A stretch of 63,028 nt of DNA, counting the filler, from Ministeria vibrans ATCC 50519 (lineage: Eukaryota; Protista; Filasterea), in assembly GCA_943704425.1 (NCBI GenBank). It is 10 parts of 10 records of this genome, joined end to end, with 100 filler letters (N's around TTAATTAATTAA, not from the genome) between each part and the next. Parts side by side here need not be neighbours in the genome. Positions count along the whole stretch, not along the records: positions 10,949 to 19,725 come from CALSCP010002093.1; positions 19,826 to 27,293 come from CALSCP010000848.1; 8 more parts are not named here. One strand, given 5' to 3'. Below the pieces are notes generated by a model. That model made no database searches, was not told where the DNA came from, and worked only from the letters and a program-made list of their open reading frames with translations. Made by a program: the position numbers and the translations under genes. This document shows, one piece after another, positions 11,890 through 24,413 of this stretch; the stretch's first letter is position 1; each line of letters starts with the position of its first letter.

Positions 11890-14135
11890 ATGCGTCTTTC
11901 GTTAACTCTGTGCTGCATCGTGGCGGCGGCCGTCATGGCCTCCAGCACGGCCCCGGCGTGTCCCGGCAACCAGCAGTGGCAGGAGTGTCCTACTCCGCCT
12001 GCGTGCGCCCCCACCTGCCAGAACGCTAAGCTAGGGTACACCTTGCTGCCATTAATATGACATTGTATTACTATTTCTTTCAGAACTTGAGGACTCAATC
12101 TTTGGATCGCCTGGTTTTTTTTTTTTCTTTCTTATTTTTTTTTTTTGAACTTCTCGAAACAACTCACTACTTATCCCCTTCGCGAATGCGTCGTCTCTTC
12201 ATCGTCCCGCATGCCCGTGCACCTTCTTCATCCTTTCCATGCGGTTTCCTCGTCTGGCAATGTGCTCACGACTCACTTTGACGGGAAAGTTTTTTTTTTT
12301 CTCTCTCTCTCGTCCCTCTTCCGCTTCAAACTCCCTTTTCGCCATACCCAGTGTCCCCGGGTGTACCCCACCCACATGGGTGCACCGCGTGTGTGAATAC
12401 TCCCATGAGTTCGTATTAGCCGTGTTTGCGTGCACGTGAAGGAAGTGCGAGAATTATAATTACCCTATGCATTCTCACCGTTCGTTTCCCTTCCGATTGT
12501 GCTTTGCAGAATGGCCTGTCCTATGTACTGTCTCGCTGGGTGTGCGTGCCCCACTGGCCTGATGCTGGATGAGACCACCAACGGCATGTGTGTGGAGACG
12601 TGCCCGCCTGCGCCCGCCGGTCAGTGTACGCTTGCCGACGGCGCAGTCAAGTCGTCCGGCGATGCGTGGAACGACGAGTGCAATTCATGCAGCTGCGCCG
12701 ATGGCAAGTCCAAGTGCGTGCGCGACATGGCCATTAACAACTGCCCTACGGGCAAGGTGTGCAAGTCGATGGTCGGCTCGAGCGAACCGGGCATCTGCGT
12801 TGAGCAGGAGGCTACCTGTACCGTCGGTGCGCTCTCTTACTCTCCAGGCAGCACTTGGACCCAGGGTTGCAACACGTGCACCTGCTCCAACGAGGGCAAG
12901 AGCACTTGCTCGCCGACACCTTGCACCACCCCCACTTGTGCTGATGACGAGACGCTCACTCTGATGAACGCCGGCACCGGTGTTGCTCCGTCGTGCTGCG
13001 ACGTCTACACTTGCCCCAAGACAGTTCAACAGCCCATCCTTGGCGCTGACTGTGGTTCGCGCGGCCCGTGCCCTGCTCCCATCACCTGTGCTGATGACGA
13101 GACGCTCACCTTGACCACTCCCGCCACCGGTGTTGCTCCGTCGTGCTGCGATGTNNNGGTTCGCGCGGCCCGTGCCCTGCTCCCATCACCTGTGCTGATG
13201 ACGAGACGCTCACCTTGACCACTCCCGCCACCGGTGTTGCTCCGTCGTGCTGCGACGTCTACACTTGCCCCAAGACATCCACCGTCTCAAACCCTATCGT
13301 GGGCAACACATGTGGTGCGCTTGCCCCGTGTTCGCCAGCCCTTCCTTGCCCGGCTGGTCAGATTGCATCCGTCAAGACTAAGGCGACAGGTGTGCCTCCG
13401 CTGTGCTGCAACGAGTACGAATGCGTCACTGCAGACAGCTCGCATGTCCAGTGCAGCGCTGTGGCATGTGCCACCACCATGCCTCTTTGTACGGGCTCCG
13501 AATTCCTTGAAAAATTCCCGGCCACCGGAGTGTTTCCGGACTGCTGCGACCGCTACATGTGCGCGGGTGCCACTGTGCGCAACATGTGTGCCAACAACGC
13601 CGAGTACTGCGTCACTGTCGCCGTTGACTTTGCTCAGGCGCTCGCCGTCTCCGCTGAGTCCGCCTGTGCCTCTCTCACCCTGTCCGCGTCCGTCTCGCGC
13701 CTCTGCACCTATGCTAATGATGGTCGTCGTCTTCTCGTTGCCATTGGCTCAGCCATCTCTAATGGTGAAGTCGCGGATGCGGCTGAGCGTCTCCGCCAGC
13801 TCATCGTCTCGCACACGCTTCAGGAACAGACAGCCATCTTTGCGTCGGCAACGAATGCTCAAGTGGTCGCAACGTCACAGCGTAACAACAACAACAACAA
13901 GAGTGACGGCAACACTGGCGTTATTGTGGGCGCAGTCGTCGCAGGCGCTGTCGCCGTCATTCTCATCGCCCTCGCCATCGTCAAAGTGGTCCGCACCAAG
14001 CGAACCTCGAGCCACTCCTTCGAGCGCCTCTCCGACGAGGTCAGCCCAGGTTCTCCTTCCTCCTTCTACGTCGCGATGCAGGACACGGACGACTCGGTTG
14101 TCAACGCAGAGACCGCCATCATTCAACTCGAGTAA
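11890..14135 (+). CDS. Cys-rich type I membrane protein (TIL domain, VWC/pacifastin-like modules, Cys-rich repeats, TM)
   Basis: Signal peptide; CPGNQQWQECP..CAPTC TIL motif spliced across ~12035-12509; WNDECNSCSC and WTQGCNTCTC; TM VIVGAVVAGAVAVILIALAIV. The frame break at NNN 13155-13157 is an assembly gap. Confidence 0.8.
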
Positions 14136-14413
14136 CTTCTCCTTTTCCATCTCTTTTTCTCTTTTGAGTACACAGTAATTATGTTTTATTCTTTTTGGAA
14201 TCATGATTGAAAATCATCCAATTTATTCGCACTCTCTCTCTCCATATCGGAGGCGTACGCGAGACTGCGAGTGAGTGCGAGAGCGGCCGCCACAGATCCC
14301 AATGCGACGAGGTCTCTTCTCTCATGAAGAAATACTGCCGAAACCGATTTGATTTACTCATTAGTTCATCAGTTTAAATTTTACATTCACACCTACCTTA
14401 ACAACCTTGGACG

Positions 14414-16159
14414 ATGCCCTCTCTTCAGGGTGTTCTTGGCTTCGTTCTGATCTTGTCTGTCTCGGCGCAGGCGGCGTGCCCGTGCAGCGAGGAAGCGCTG
14501 TGTCGTACAATCGACTCTGGACCGCGCAAAGAGGTGTTTGCCTTCCATGTCACGTCCAAGGGCGATGTGTACCAGCAGTTTGACATGAGCCAGGTGACGA
14601 CCATCTCGATTGCGGGCGATCTGAGCAACGCAACGCTCCTTTCAAATGTTGTTTGCTTTGCACACCGTTACGGCGCACGCGCAACCCTCCTTGTGGATTA
14701 CCCTAAGAACCAGCTCAGCAATGCCACTGCGCGTTCAGAGTGGGTCCAGGCGCAGCTGGCTAAGGTTGCCTCAGTGTTTGCAGACGGTATCAACACGAAC
14801 TGGACTCACGCACTCTCATCTCACCATGCCACCCTCAATTCCCTCATCACTTGCCATCACCATCCCAGACTCAAGTGAACGCACACACTCATCACTTCCC
14901 ATTACCATCTCACACCCAAGTGAACGCACACACTCATCACTTCCCATTACCATCTCACACTCAAGTGAACGCACACACTCATCACTTCCCATTACCATCT
15001 CACACCCAAGTGAACGCACACACTCATCACTTCCCATTACCATCTCATACCCAAGTGAACGCACACACTCATCACTTCCCATTACCATCTCATACCCAAG
15101 TGAACGCACACACTCATCACTTCCCATTACCATCTCACACCCAAGTGAACGCACACACTCATCACTTCCCATTACCATCTCACACTCAAGTGAACGCACA
15201 CACTCATCACTTCCCATTACCATCTCACACCCAAGTGAACGCACACACTCATCACTTCCCATTACCATCTCACACCCAAGTGAACGCACACACTCATCAC
15301 TTCCCATTACCATCTCATACCCAAGTGAACGCACACACTCATCACTTCCCATTACCATCTCACACTCAAGTGAACGCACACACTCATCACTTCCCATTAC
15401 CATCTCACACTCAAGTGAACGCACACTCTCATCACTCACCATCACTCTTTTTGTTTTCTTAGGCATCAACTTTGATATTGAGGGAAGCTCAAGCGATCGG
15501 AATTCACTGACTCAGCTTACCACAGAACTTGTCAATGCCTTCAAATCGGCCAATCCCCATTCGCAAATCTCCATGGACACCTCAATATATCCTTCCGCTG
15601 ACAACCCAGGTTACGACTTTGTCGCACTCGCTAAAGTTCTGGATTTCTTGTGTACGAAACACACAAGAAATCGCTTAACTCATCCTCGTTTGTCAGTTCC
15701 TATGGCATACGATATGTGTTGGGGCGCCAAAGTTGCAAAGGCCAACTCCCCATTGCCCGGAGTGAAAAGCGGTCTTGAAATGTATCAAAATCTCGGAATC
15801 TCAATGGACAAAGTCAGAAAGGCAACTCCCACTCCCCTCGGCTTTAAAGTATCTTTTGGTTTGTGTGTTGGAATATTAGATTGTGATCGGGCTTCCGTGG
15901 TACGGATATGAGTTTCCGTGCGACTCGCGAGCTCTTAATGCGACGTGTGACGTGTCAGTGCCCTTTGGCGGTGGTTCCTGGTCACTTGCTTTCTCCGATG
16001 TCCGTTTGACTCTTTTTTTATCACTTTGTTTCTCTCTCTATCCATTTTTTTCTTTCTCTCTATCACTTTCTTCTTCCCTCCTTTCTTTCAAACTCTCTTA
16101 AACTCTCTCTCTCTCCCTCTCTCTTTCTCTCCTTCAAACTCTCTCTCTCTCTCTCTCTG

Positions 16160-16239
<80 letters not shown>

Positions 16240-16521
16240 CAAACTGTTGATATTTAGGTGTTAGCGCGAATGGACGACACTACGATTGTTCAAATGGACT
16301 CGGTGTCGCAAAGTCCTTATTTTGATGTAATTTCGCCCGTGACGCACAATCGTTCGCGCATTTTTTACGACGACGAGACCTCTCTTCCGCTGCGCTATGC
16401 GCTGGCCAATCAGATGCATTTGCGTGGTGTAGGCTTTTGGACAGCAGATTTCTTGAGCTATGCCAATGGAAAGAGAGTCCAGTCCATGTGGAATGCTGTC
16501 AAAACTTTCAATTCTCATTAA
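14414..16521 (+). CDS. CTBS: Di-N-acetylchitobiase-like GH18 glycosidase
   Basis: CPCSEEALC, spliced DGINFDIE catalytic motif, DFLFPMAYD, ANSPL, GLPWYGYEFPC, LRGVGFWTAD. Confidence 0.88.
14872..15440. repeat. 45-bp minisatellite, ~12.5 copies, in chitobiase intron 1
   Basis: Unit CAAGTGAACGCACACACTCATCACTTCCCATTACCATCTCAYACY, head-to-tail with no spacers. Confidence 0.95.
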
Positions 16522-17137
16522 ATCAAAGTTCACTATATTTTCTGAAGTGGCTCCATGACTANNNNNNNNNNNNNNNNNNNNNNNNNNNNNNNNNNNNNNN
16601 NNNNNNNNNNNNNNNNNNNNNNNNNNNNNNNNNNNNNNNNNNNNNNNNNNNNNNNNNNNNNNNNNNNNNNNNNNNNNNNNNNNNNNNNNNNNNNNNNNNN
16701 NNNNNNNNNNNNNNNNNNNNNNNNNNNNNNNNNNNNNNNNNNNNNNNNNNNNNNNNNNNNNNNNNNNNNNNNNNNNNNNNNNNNNNNNNNNNNNNNNNNN
16801 NNNNNNNNNNNNNNNNNNNNNNNNNNNNNNNNNNNNNNNNNNNNNNNNNNNNNNNNNNNNNNNNNNNNNNNNNNNNNNNNNNNNNNNNNNNNNNNNNNNN
16901 NNNNNNNNNNNNNNNNNNNNNNNNNNNNNNNNNNNNNNNNNNNNNNNNNNNNNNNNNNNNNNNNNNNNNNNNNNNNNNNNNNNNNNNNNNNNNNNNNNNN
17001 NNNNNNNNNNNNNNNNNNNNNNNNNNNNNNNNNNNNNNNNNNNNNNNNNNNNNNNNNNNNNNNNNNNNNNNNNNNNNNNNNNNNNNNNNNNNNNNNNNNN
17101 NNNNNNNNNNNNNNNNCAAAAAAACACACACAAAAAG

Positions 17138-17211
17138 TGCGCCCGGCAGGATTTGAACCTGCAACCTCCGGGTTAAGAGTCCGGTGCTCTGACCAGTTGA
17201 GCCACGGGCGC
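17138..17211 (-). tRNA. tRNA-Lys(CTT)
   Basis: GCGCCCGTGGCTCAACTGGTCAGAGCACCGGACTCTTAACCCGGAGGTTGCAGGTTCAAATCCTGCCGGGCGCA; full cloverleaf, A31:C39 mismatch, T-run downstream. Confidence 0.9.
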
Positions 17212-17243
17212 ATGCAATGCAATACAAACAAACACAACAAATG

Positions 17244-17316
17244 TGATGGCTGTGAGAATCGAACTCACCAAACTCGCATCCTAAGTGCGATCCCTTCACC
17301 AGTTGGGCAAGCCACC
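17244..17316 (-). tRNA. tRNA with TAG anticodon (Leu), short variable loop
   Basis: GGTGGCTTGCCCAACTGGTGAAGGGATCGCACTTAGGATGCGAGTTTGGTGAGTTCGATTCTCACAGCCATCA; perfect anticodon and T stems, 5-nt variable region. Confidence 0.82.
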
Positions 17317-17344
17317 ATACATAATAATACACAAGAAAGATGGG

Positions 17345-17415
17345 GGGGACTTGGCGGGGACGATCCGCCTCCTCGACGTTCCGAACGACGAATGCTACCG
17401 TTACAACAAAGTCCC
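17345..17415 (-). tRNA. Atypical tRNA-Pro(CGG)
   Basis: GGGACTTTGTTGTAACGGTAGCATTCGTCGTTCGGAACGTCGAGGAGGCGGATCGTCCCCGCCAAGTCCCC; 7-bp acceptor, 5-bp T stem, T loop ATCGTCC. Confidence 0.75.
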
Positions 17416-17454
17416 AAAGAACACAAAAACAACAAAAGAAACAAGCGGGAGGGG

Positions 17455-17525
17455 GGGGACTGGGTGGGGACGATCCACCTCCTCGACGTTCCTAACGTCG
17501 AATGCTACCGTTACAATACAGTCCC
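17455..17525 (-). tRNA. Atypical tRNA-Pro(AGG)
   Basis: GGGACTGTATTGTAACGGTAGCATTCGACGTTAGGAACGTCGAGGAGGTGGATCGTCCCCACCCAGTCCCC; perfect acceptor, anticodon and T stems. Confidence 0.78.
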
Positions 17526-17539
17526 AAAGAGAGGAGAAG

Positions 17540-17611
17540 AGCCCAAGACGAGTATTGATCTCGTTTCTTCGCCTTGAGGGGGCGATATCCGTTCCATCGG
17601 ACCGCAAGGGC
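17540..17611 (-). tRNA. Atypical tRNA-Glu(CTC)
   Basis: GCCCTTGCGGTCCGATGGAACGGATATCGCCCCCTCAAGGCGAAGAAACGAGATCAATACTCGTCTTGGGCT; D, anticodon and T stems pair; two U.U in the acceptor stem; C8, G14, C33, A54. Confidence 0.65.
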
Positions 17612-18170
17612 AATAGTAGGTGATGTGGGTGGGTGGGTTGAGTGAAATTGCAAGAGAGTGAGAGAGAGAAAAGAAGAAACTTTTCTGACTGGGGAAATGG
17701 TTAAATTCGCGCAATTTATACTCGAGGGTCGATGATGAAAGAATTGCTCATCGCTGATTTCTCATTCCCCTCTGCGCCACACACTATCTCTCCGTAGCAA
17801 ACAACTGTACAAGCTCATTTCAAGAATCATACACGCAACGAACCCTATTGGAAAGTAAGCTTGGTCGACCAATCTCTCCCAAAAACAAACACAGTGCGCC
17901 AAAAAAAAATCGTTCGACCATACAAAGATAGCACGAAAACAAGTGAGTGTTGTTATATGTTTAATTCCACCCCTGTTTCCACACCACAGCGCAAAAAAGA
18001 ACCCCGGTTTACATATAGGATCGCGTGCGGGTCGAGAGCAACGCGAATGTGCTCTTCCGCAAATTGAAAGTCTCCTTGTACTGTGGTTCTCATTGTTCAC
18101 AAAGTCGTCAGCAATAATATAATAATATAATAATTGGGTTGTATTGATAAATTAATCGTCCTGAGACACC

Positions 18171-19500
<1,330 letters not shown>

Positions 19501-19640
19501 CTACCCAACAATCAATCGCAGTCAGACTCTCTATCACTTTGTTTTCTCTCTCTCTATCACTTTGTTTCTCTCTGTCTGTCTCTCTGTCTCTCTGTCTCTC
19601 TGTCTCTCTGTCTCTCTGTCTCTCTGTCTCTCTGTCTCTC

Positions 19641-19725
<85 letters not shown>

Positions 19726-19865
19726 NNNNNNNNNNNNNNNNNNNNNNNNNNNNNNNNNNNNNNNNNNNNTTAATTAATTAANNNNNNNNNNNNNNNNNNN
19801 NNNNNNNNNNNNNNNNNNNNNNNNNCCCCCCCCCCCCTCCCCCTCCCCCCTCTCTCTCCAGTCAC

Positions 19866-20003
19866 CGCTGCTTCACCTGCCCATTCGGAAACGCCGCAAC
19901 GTACACATTGTCCGCAAAGGTGTCGGCAACCCGCGCCGCCTGAAGGTCCTTGACAATGTTTTTGTTCTTCTGCTTCATGATTTTGACAAGGTTTGTGCAA
20001 ATC
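19866..20003 (-). CDS. Unidentified coding exon at contig edge
   Basis: AG/GT-bounded open exon ICTNLVKIMKQKNKNIVKDLQAARVADTFADNVYVAAFPNGQVKQR. Confidence 0.4.
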
Positions 20004-20899
20004 TACAAATCATCAGCATTCGCACGGTGAGTGTTCTTCCAGACAGCAGCAGAGGACGAAGAAGAAGTTGGATAATAGAATTATTAGTTTTCGAAGTGGG
20101 TCTGTTTAAGTCGCTACAATTTCGCCCTCAATGGTTTGCTGCTTCACGAGGGTTCTTCTTTGAAAACATATTGGTGATGATAAACCACAGTGTAGGTGAC
20201 GGGAACGTCGATAGAGAGCAGTGAAAACACAAAAACGCAAAAAATGGCGCTCAAAGGAAAAAGACGAGTCAACGACGATTAGCACCGTTTGTTCGTACGC
20301 GTCGTCGACAAAATGCAAAAGAAAAGGATGTCACGGCACAACGACGTCATGCAATGGTATGGATGTTGAGCAGACAAAAAGTTTTTTTTCTCCAAAGTTT
20401 GTCAACCCATCAAACAACAAAATGGTCGCATCTGCGCACAACACAAGCACTGCATCACACATAAAAACACAGCACTATGATGGCGGAAGAGTCGACAGCG
20501 CAAGTAATGGCGACTCAAACACATTTTCCAGAAGAGCGAACTTTGCTGGTTTGTACCTGGGGCAGCGAACGGCCGCTCGTGAGCTCCGAATGCAGCTGTT
20601 CGATTCTCTTTGGGTTACAAAACTGCATCGATGTAAGATATGGAGTTGTTCTCGCGCGTGTGTAAATAGATGAGAAGAAAATGTGAATTTGTTAAAATTC
20701 ATCATCCTTCATTCCTGTCGTGTTCCTGTCAAGTCCTTTAACACTAATTTGTCACTGAACAGTAAACAGCTTTACCATTTACCAATGGTGCTCACTTAAT
20801 AATCTGACTAAGACGTATGTGACTAATAATTAATATTATTCTATTCTTCTTCTAATTGAACTAAGAGTCTCAAATATGAAACAAATACATTACGGTTTT

Positions 20900-21012
20900 T
20901 TATTGGTAGTACAGCTCAAGAGACTGTCCACCCGACAGCTCGAGGTCGTCAAGAGTCAGATGATCTTTCAGTGTGATGTACTACAAAAATCAAAGAGAAT
21001 GAGTGTTTCTTT

Positions 21013-21108
<96 letters not shown>

Positions 21109-21477
21109 GCAGTCACAAACGAATAAGCACACACACACGCACGCGGCACGCAGATGTGCTCGTGCGCCACAAGCAAAGCAACAGCGGAACACGCAGCGCG
21201 TTGCGTCGTTACGTCGTGCGGCCGAAAAGCAAAACTGTTCAAACTGTCGCTCTCGCTTGTCTACGCCCCTCTCACCTGGCCTCTCTTGAGAATGATACGG
21301 CTCCAATGGTTGCCTGTCTGCACAGAAATCAGCTTCTTCAAGTCGCCAATGGTGTCGTCGGGGCTGCGCAAGACAAGCAGCGAATGTCAGCCCCCGCCGC
21401 CGCCAGACGCCCCCCGCTTACTTGCATTTTACCCGGACTTTCTTGCCCAGTCGGTCGTTGCACACAATCTCAATCAT
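20900..21477 (-). CDS. UBL5: Ubiquitin-like protein 5 / Hub1, 3 exons (absent from the ORF track)
   Basis: [19 protein letters not shown]|[17 protein letters not shown]...|[26 protein letters not shown]. Confidence 0.95.
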
Positions 21478-21636
21478 TCGAAGAGTAGAACACAATTTGA
21501 ATGAGTTTACTGACAAGTGACAGATCATTTTAGATCATTTTCCTACAACGTATAAGAAAATATCTAATCGCCCGTCACACTTCTGTCGACTAACTCCCCA
21601 CCCCCCCTGCTTTGTGCTTGCTTGCTATCACACACC

Positions 21637-22622
21637 ATGGCTGATCCGGTAGGCGGTTGCGCAACCGTCTCTCGCGACGATGTTTCTGACTCCTCTCTCC
21701 CTCCTCTGTGCCTCGCCCCTGCCTAGCTACTGTCAGACGAAGAGTACGACGAGCAGATTGCCCAGCAAGAGCGGGTTGAGGCTATTGTCGAGACTGCGAC
21801 TGAGCCTGCCAGCTTAGAGTACGCCAGGAGAAAAAAAAGGGCTTTGCTGCTCACCACACGACCCTATAGAGTTGCTGGAGCCGCTGGAGCCGTCCTTGTC
21901 GAAGAGACCATCGAGGCACACGAGCCTCAGGCCGAAGAAGAGGCCGAAGTGTACGCTACTTGTGCTGCTGTCGAGTTTCTCTCACTTATTCCTGTTCTTC
22001 TCTCGTCTCTCTCTCCCTCTCCCTCTCCTCTAGTCACCGTCGCCGTCGCGTCAACAGAGTACGTCTACCTCTCCGCCTTCTCTGCGCTTGCTGTCTCCTT
22101 GTTTGATCATCTCCTTCCTCTCCACTTTCTCCTCTTCCTTCCTTCCCTCACAACAGATGGCCAACTCATCGTTTAGCGACTCGCAAGAGGTTGGCTCGCT
22201 GAGCATCAACATCACCGAGTGCCAAAAGCGACGACTGGACGAGCTTCTTGCAGACCCGTATATTGCGTACAAGATTACGACGTCGGCGTCGCAGTCAGTG
22301 GCGGCTCTGGCGAGCGGCGAGTACGTCGTGTGGCGTCGCTTTAGTGAGTTTGAGAAGCTCTTCAACTACCTGCAGCAGCAGTACGTCACGGTGATTATGC
22401 CACCTATGCCGCCCAAGCGAGGTCATCAGTCGTGGACCAAAGTCGTCGACAAGTAAGAAGTGTATCTCTTTTCTCTGCTCATGTGTGTGTGTAGTTTTGA
22501 CGCGGACTTTATCGAGCGACGACGCGTGGCTCTTCAGGCGTTTCTGCGTCGCGTCGCTCGTCACCCGCAGCTCAACACGGACGGCGTCTACTTGAGCTTT
22601 TTGGAAGCAGAGAATTGGGTAT

Positions 22623-22700
<78 letters not shown>

Positions 22701-24370
22701 NNNNNNNNNNAGCGCGCCAAACTAAGAGGGAGGGAGAAAGAAAGTGAGTGAGTGAGAGTGAGTGAGTCAGTGAGTCAGTGAGACATACATACAGACAGAG
22801 AGAGAGAGAGAGAGAGAGAGAAACAAAGTGATAGAGAGAGAGAGAAACAAAGTGATAGAGAGAGAGAGAAACAAAGTGATAGAGAGAGAGATAGAGAGAG
22901 AGAGAAAGGAGGGAGAAAAAACAAAGTGATAGAGAGAGAGATAGAGAGAGAGGGAAGGGGAAGACAGAACGCCATGTAGTAATGTGGTTTGTATGTTTGC
23001 GCACAGACAACGCAAACGCACTCGCTGATGCGCAATCTGGATGAGAAGATGAAGCAAATGGCGGCGAAGCTACAGCTGTCGCAGCCAGACGAGCGGGTGG
23101 TTGACATGAGCCACTACGCGGAGTCGCTGGGCAGCTCCCTGGCGGGGCTGCTCAAAGTGCACGACCGCATGGCGACCCGTCTGCGTACCATCTACAGCGA
23201 CTACGGCAACTTTGGAGGGGCGCTTGCCGACTGGAGCGCTATTGAGAAGTCCATTGGCAACGTCGTTCAGTCCTTTGGCCACTTTATGGACAATCTGTCC
23301 CTCACCTCAGGCGATTCGGTACACAGCACAAGGCAGAGAGAGAGTGAGAAAGAAGGGAGAAACAAAGTGATAGAGAGAGAGAGGAGAAAGAAACAAGTGA
23401 TAGAGAGAGAAACAAAGTGAGAGAAACAAAGTGATAGAGAGAGAGAGAGGAAGAAACAAAGTGATAGGGAGAGAGAAGAGAGAAATAGATTCAAAGAGGA
23501 GAAAGAAACAAAGTTTTAGAGGGAAACAAAATGATAGAAAGATTTTGAGTGAGAGAAACAAAGGGATAGAAAGGAGGAGAGAGGAGAGCGTGTGTATATG
23601 AGTGTGTGCGGTACTGATTGAGTGTGGCACATTTTAGCTTGACGACGACGACGAGTTCTTTGCCACGCCCCTGCGCGAGTATATGATGTATGCAGAGACA
23701 CTGCAGACGCAAGTGCGGCGCCAAGAGACTAAGTTGTATCTGGTGGAGAAGCTCAAGCACGATCTGGTCAAGACGGAGAAAGAGGCGTCTTTCGAGCAGA
23801 CGGGCGAGGGTGCGTACTCAACTAAGTAACATCCAGAAGAGTTCTCATTCTCTTTTTTTTTCTTCTTTTTTCTTCGTTTGTTTTTTTTTTGCAGGTGGAA
23901 CCTTTTTCAAGTCATTTTCACGTAAACTGTTTGGACCGGACTCACCGGAAGCACAGCAACAGAAAATGCAACGACTGGAGACACAGAAGCAGGAAGTAAG
24001 TCAAAGTGAGAGATCGATCGACGAGGGAGAATCAGAGGAATGAGAAAGAGAGAAAGGGTTAGAGGGCTTCTTTGCTGACTCGCGATTGGCTGTAGCTTGA
24101 AATGAACATCCGACTGGCAGAGCGGGAGGAGGAGGCCTTCTCGACAGCACTGCTGCAGGAACTGGATCTGTTTAATCGCATGAAGATGAACGACCTCAAG
24201 ACGCTCCTCCTGCGCTACGCCAAGAACCGCGTTATCCGCCACAAAAAGGTAACTTCCTTCTCCTCTCTCCCACACCGTTGATTTTTTCACTGACTCACAC
24301 CGGCACTCTTTTTCAGCAACTGTCGTCGTGGCAGAACCTCCGGTCCAAGATTGACACGTCTGGAAATTGA
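21637..24370 (+). CDS. SNX4: Sorting nexin 4-like PX-BAR protein
   Basis: VWRRFSEFEKL, PPMPPK, DFIERRRVALQAFLRRVARHPQL, BAR-like helical exons. Confidence 0.85.
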
Positions 24371-24413
24371 ATACACACCATTCCACGTTTCCTTTTTTTT
24401 CCGCTTCATTTTC

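Noticed and set aside
12358-12392. 9-bp hairpin in a long intron as a snoRNA or riboswitch
   Set aside because: No box motifs or recognisable aptamer; could be chance.
14872-15440. CRISPR-like array, or coding repeat ORFs (SERTHSSLPITISHP etc.)
   Set aside because: No unique spacers, and it lies in a GT-AG intron whose removal restores DGINFDIE.
17138-17611. Recent NUMT or bacterial contamination as the source of the tRNAs
   Set aside because: AGG anticodon, no consistent encoded CCA, host-like spacers and contiguity with spliced genes argue against it; an older organellar or viral origin is not excluded.
17715-18095. Small spliced minus-strand gene upstream of the tRNAs
   Set aside because: Exon-like pieces exist, but I could not build a consistent model or recognise a family.
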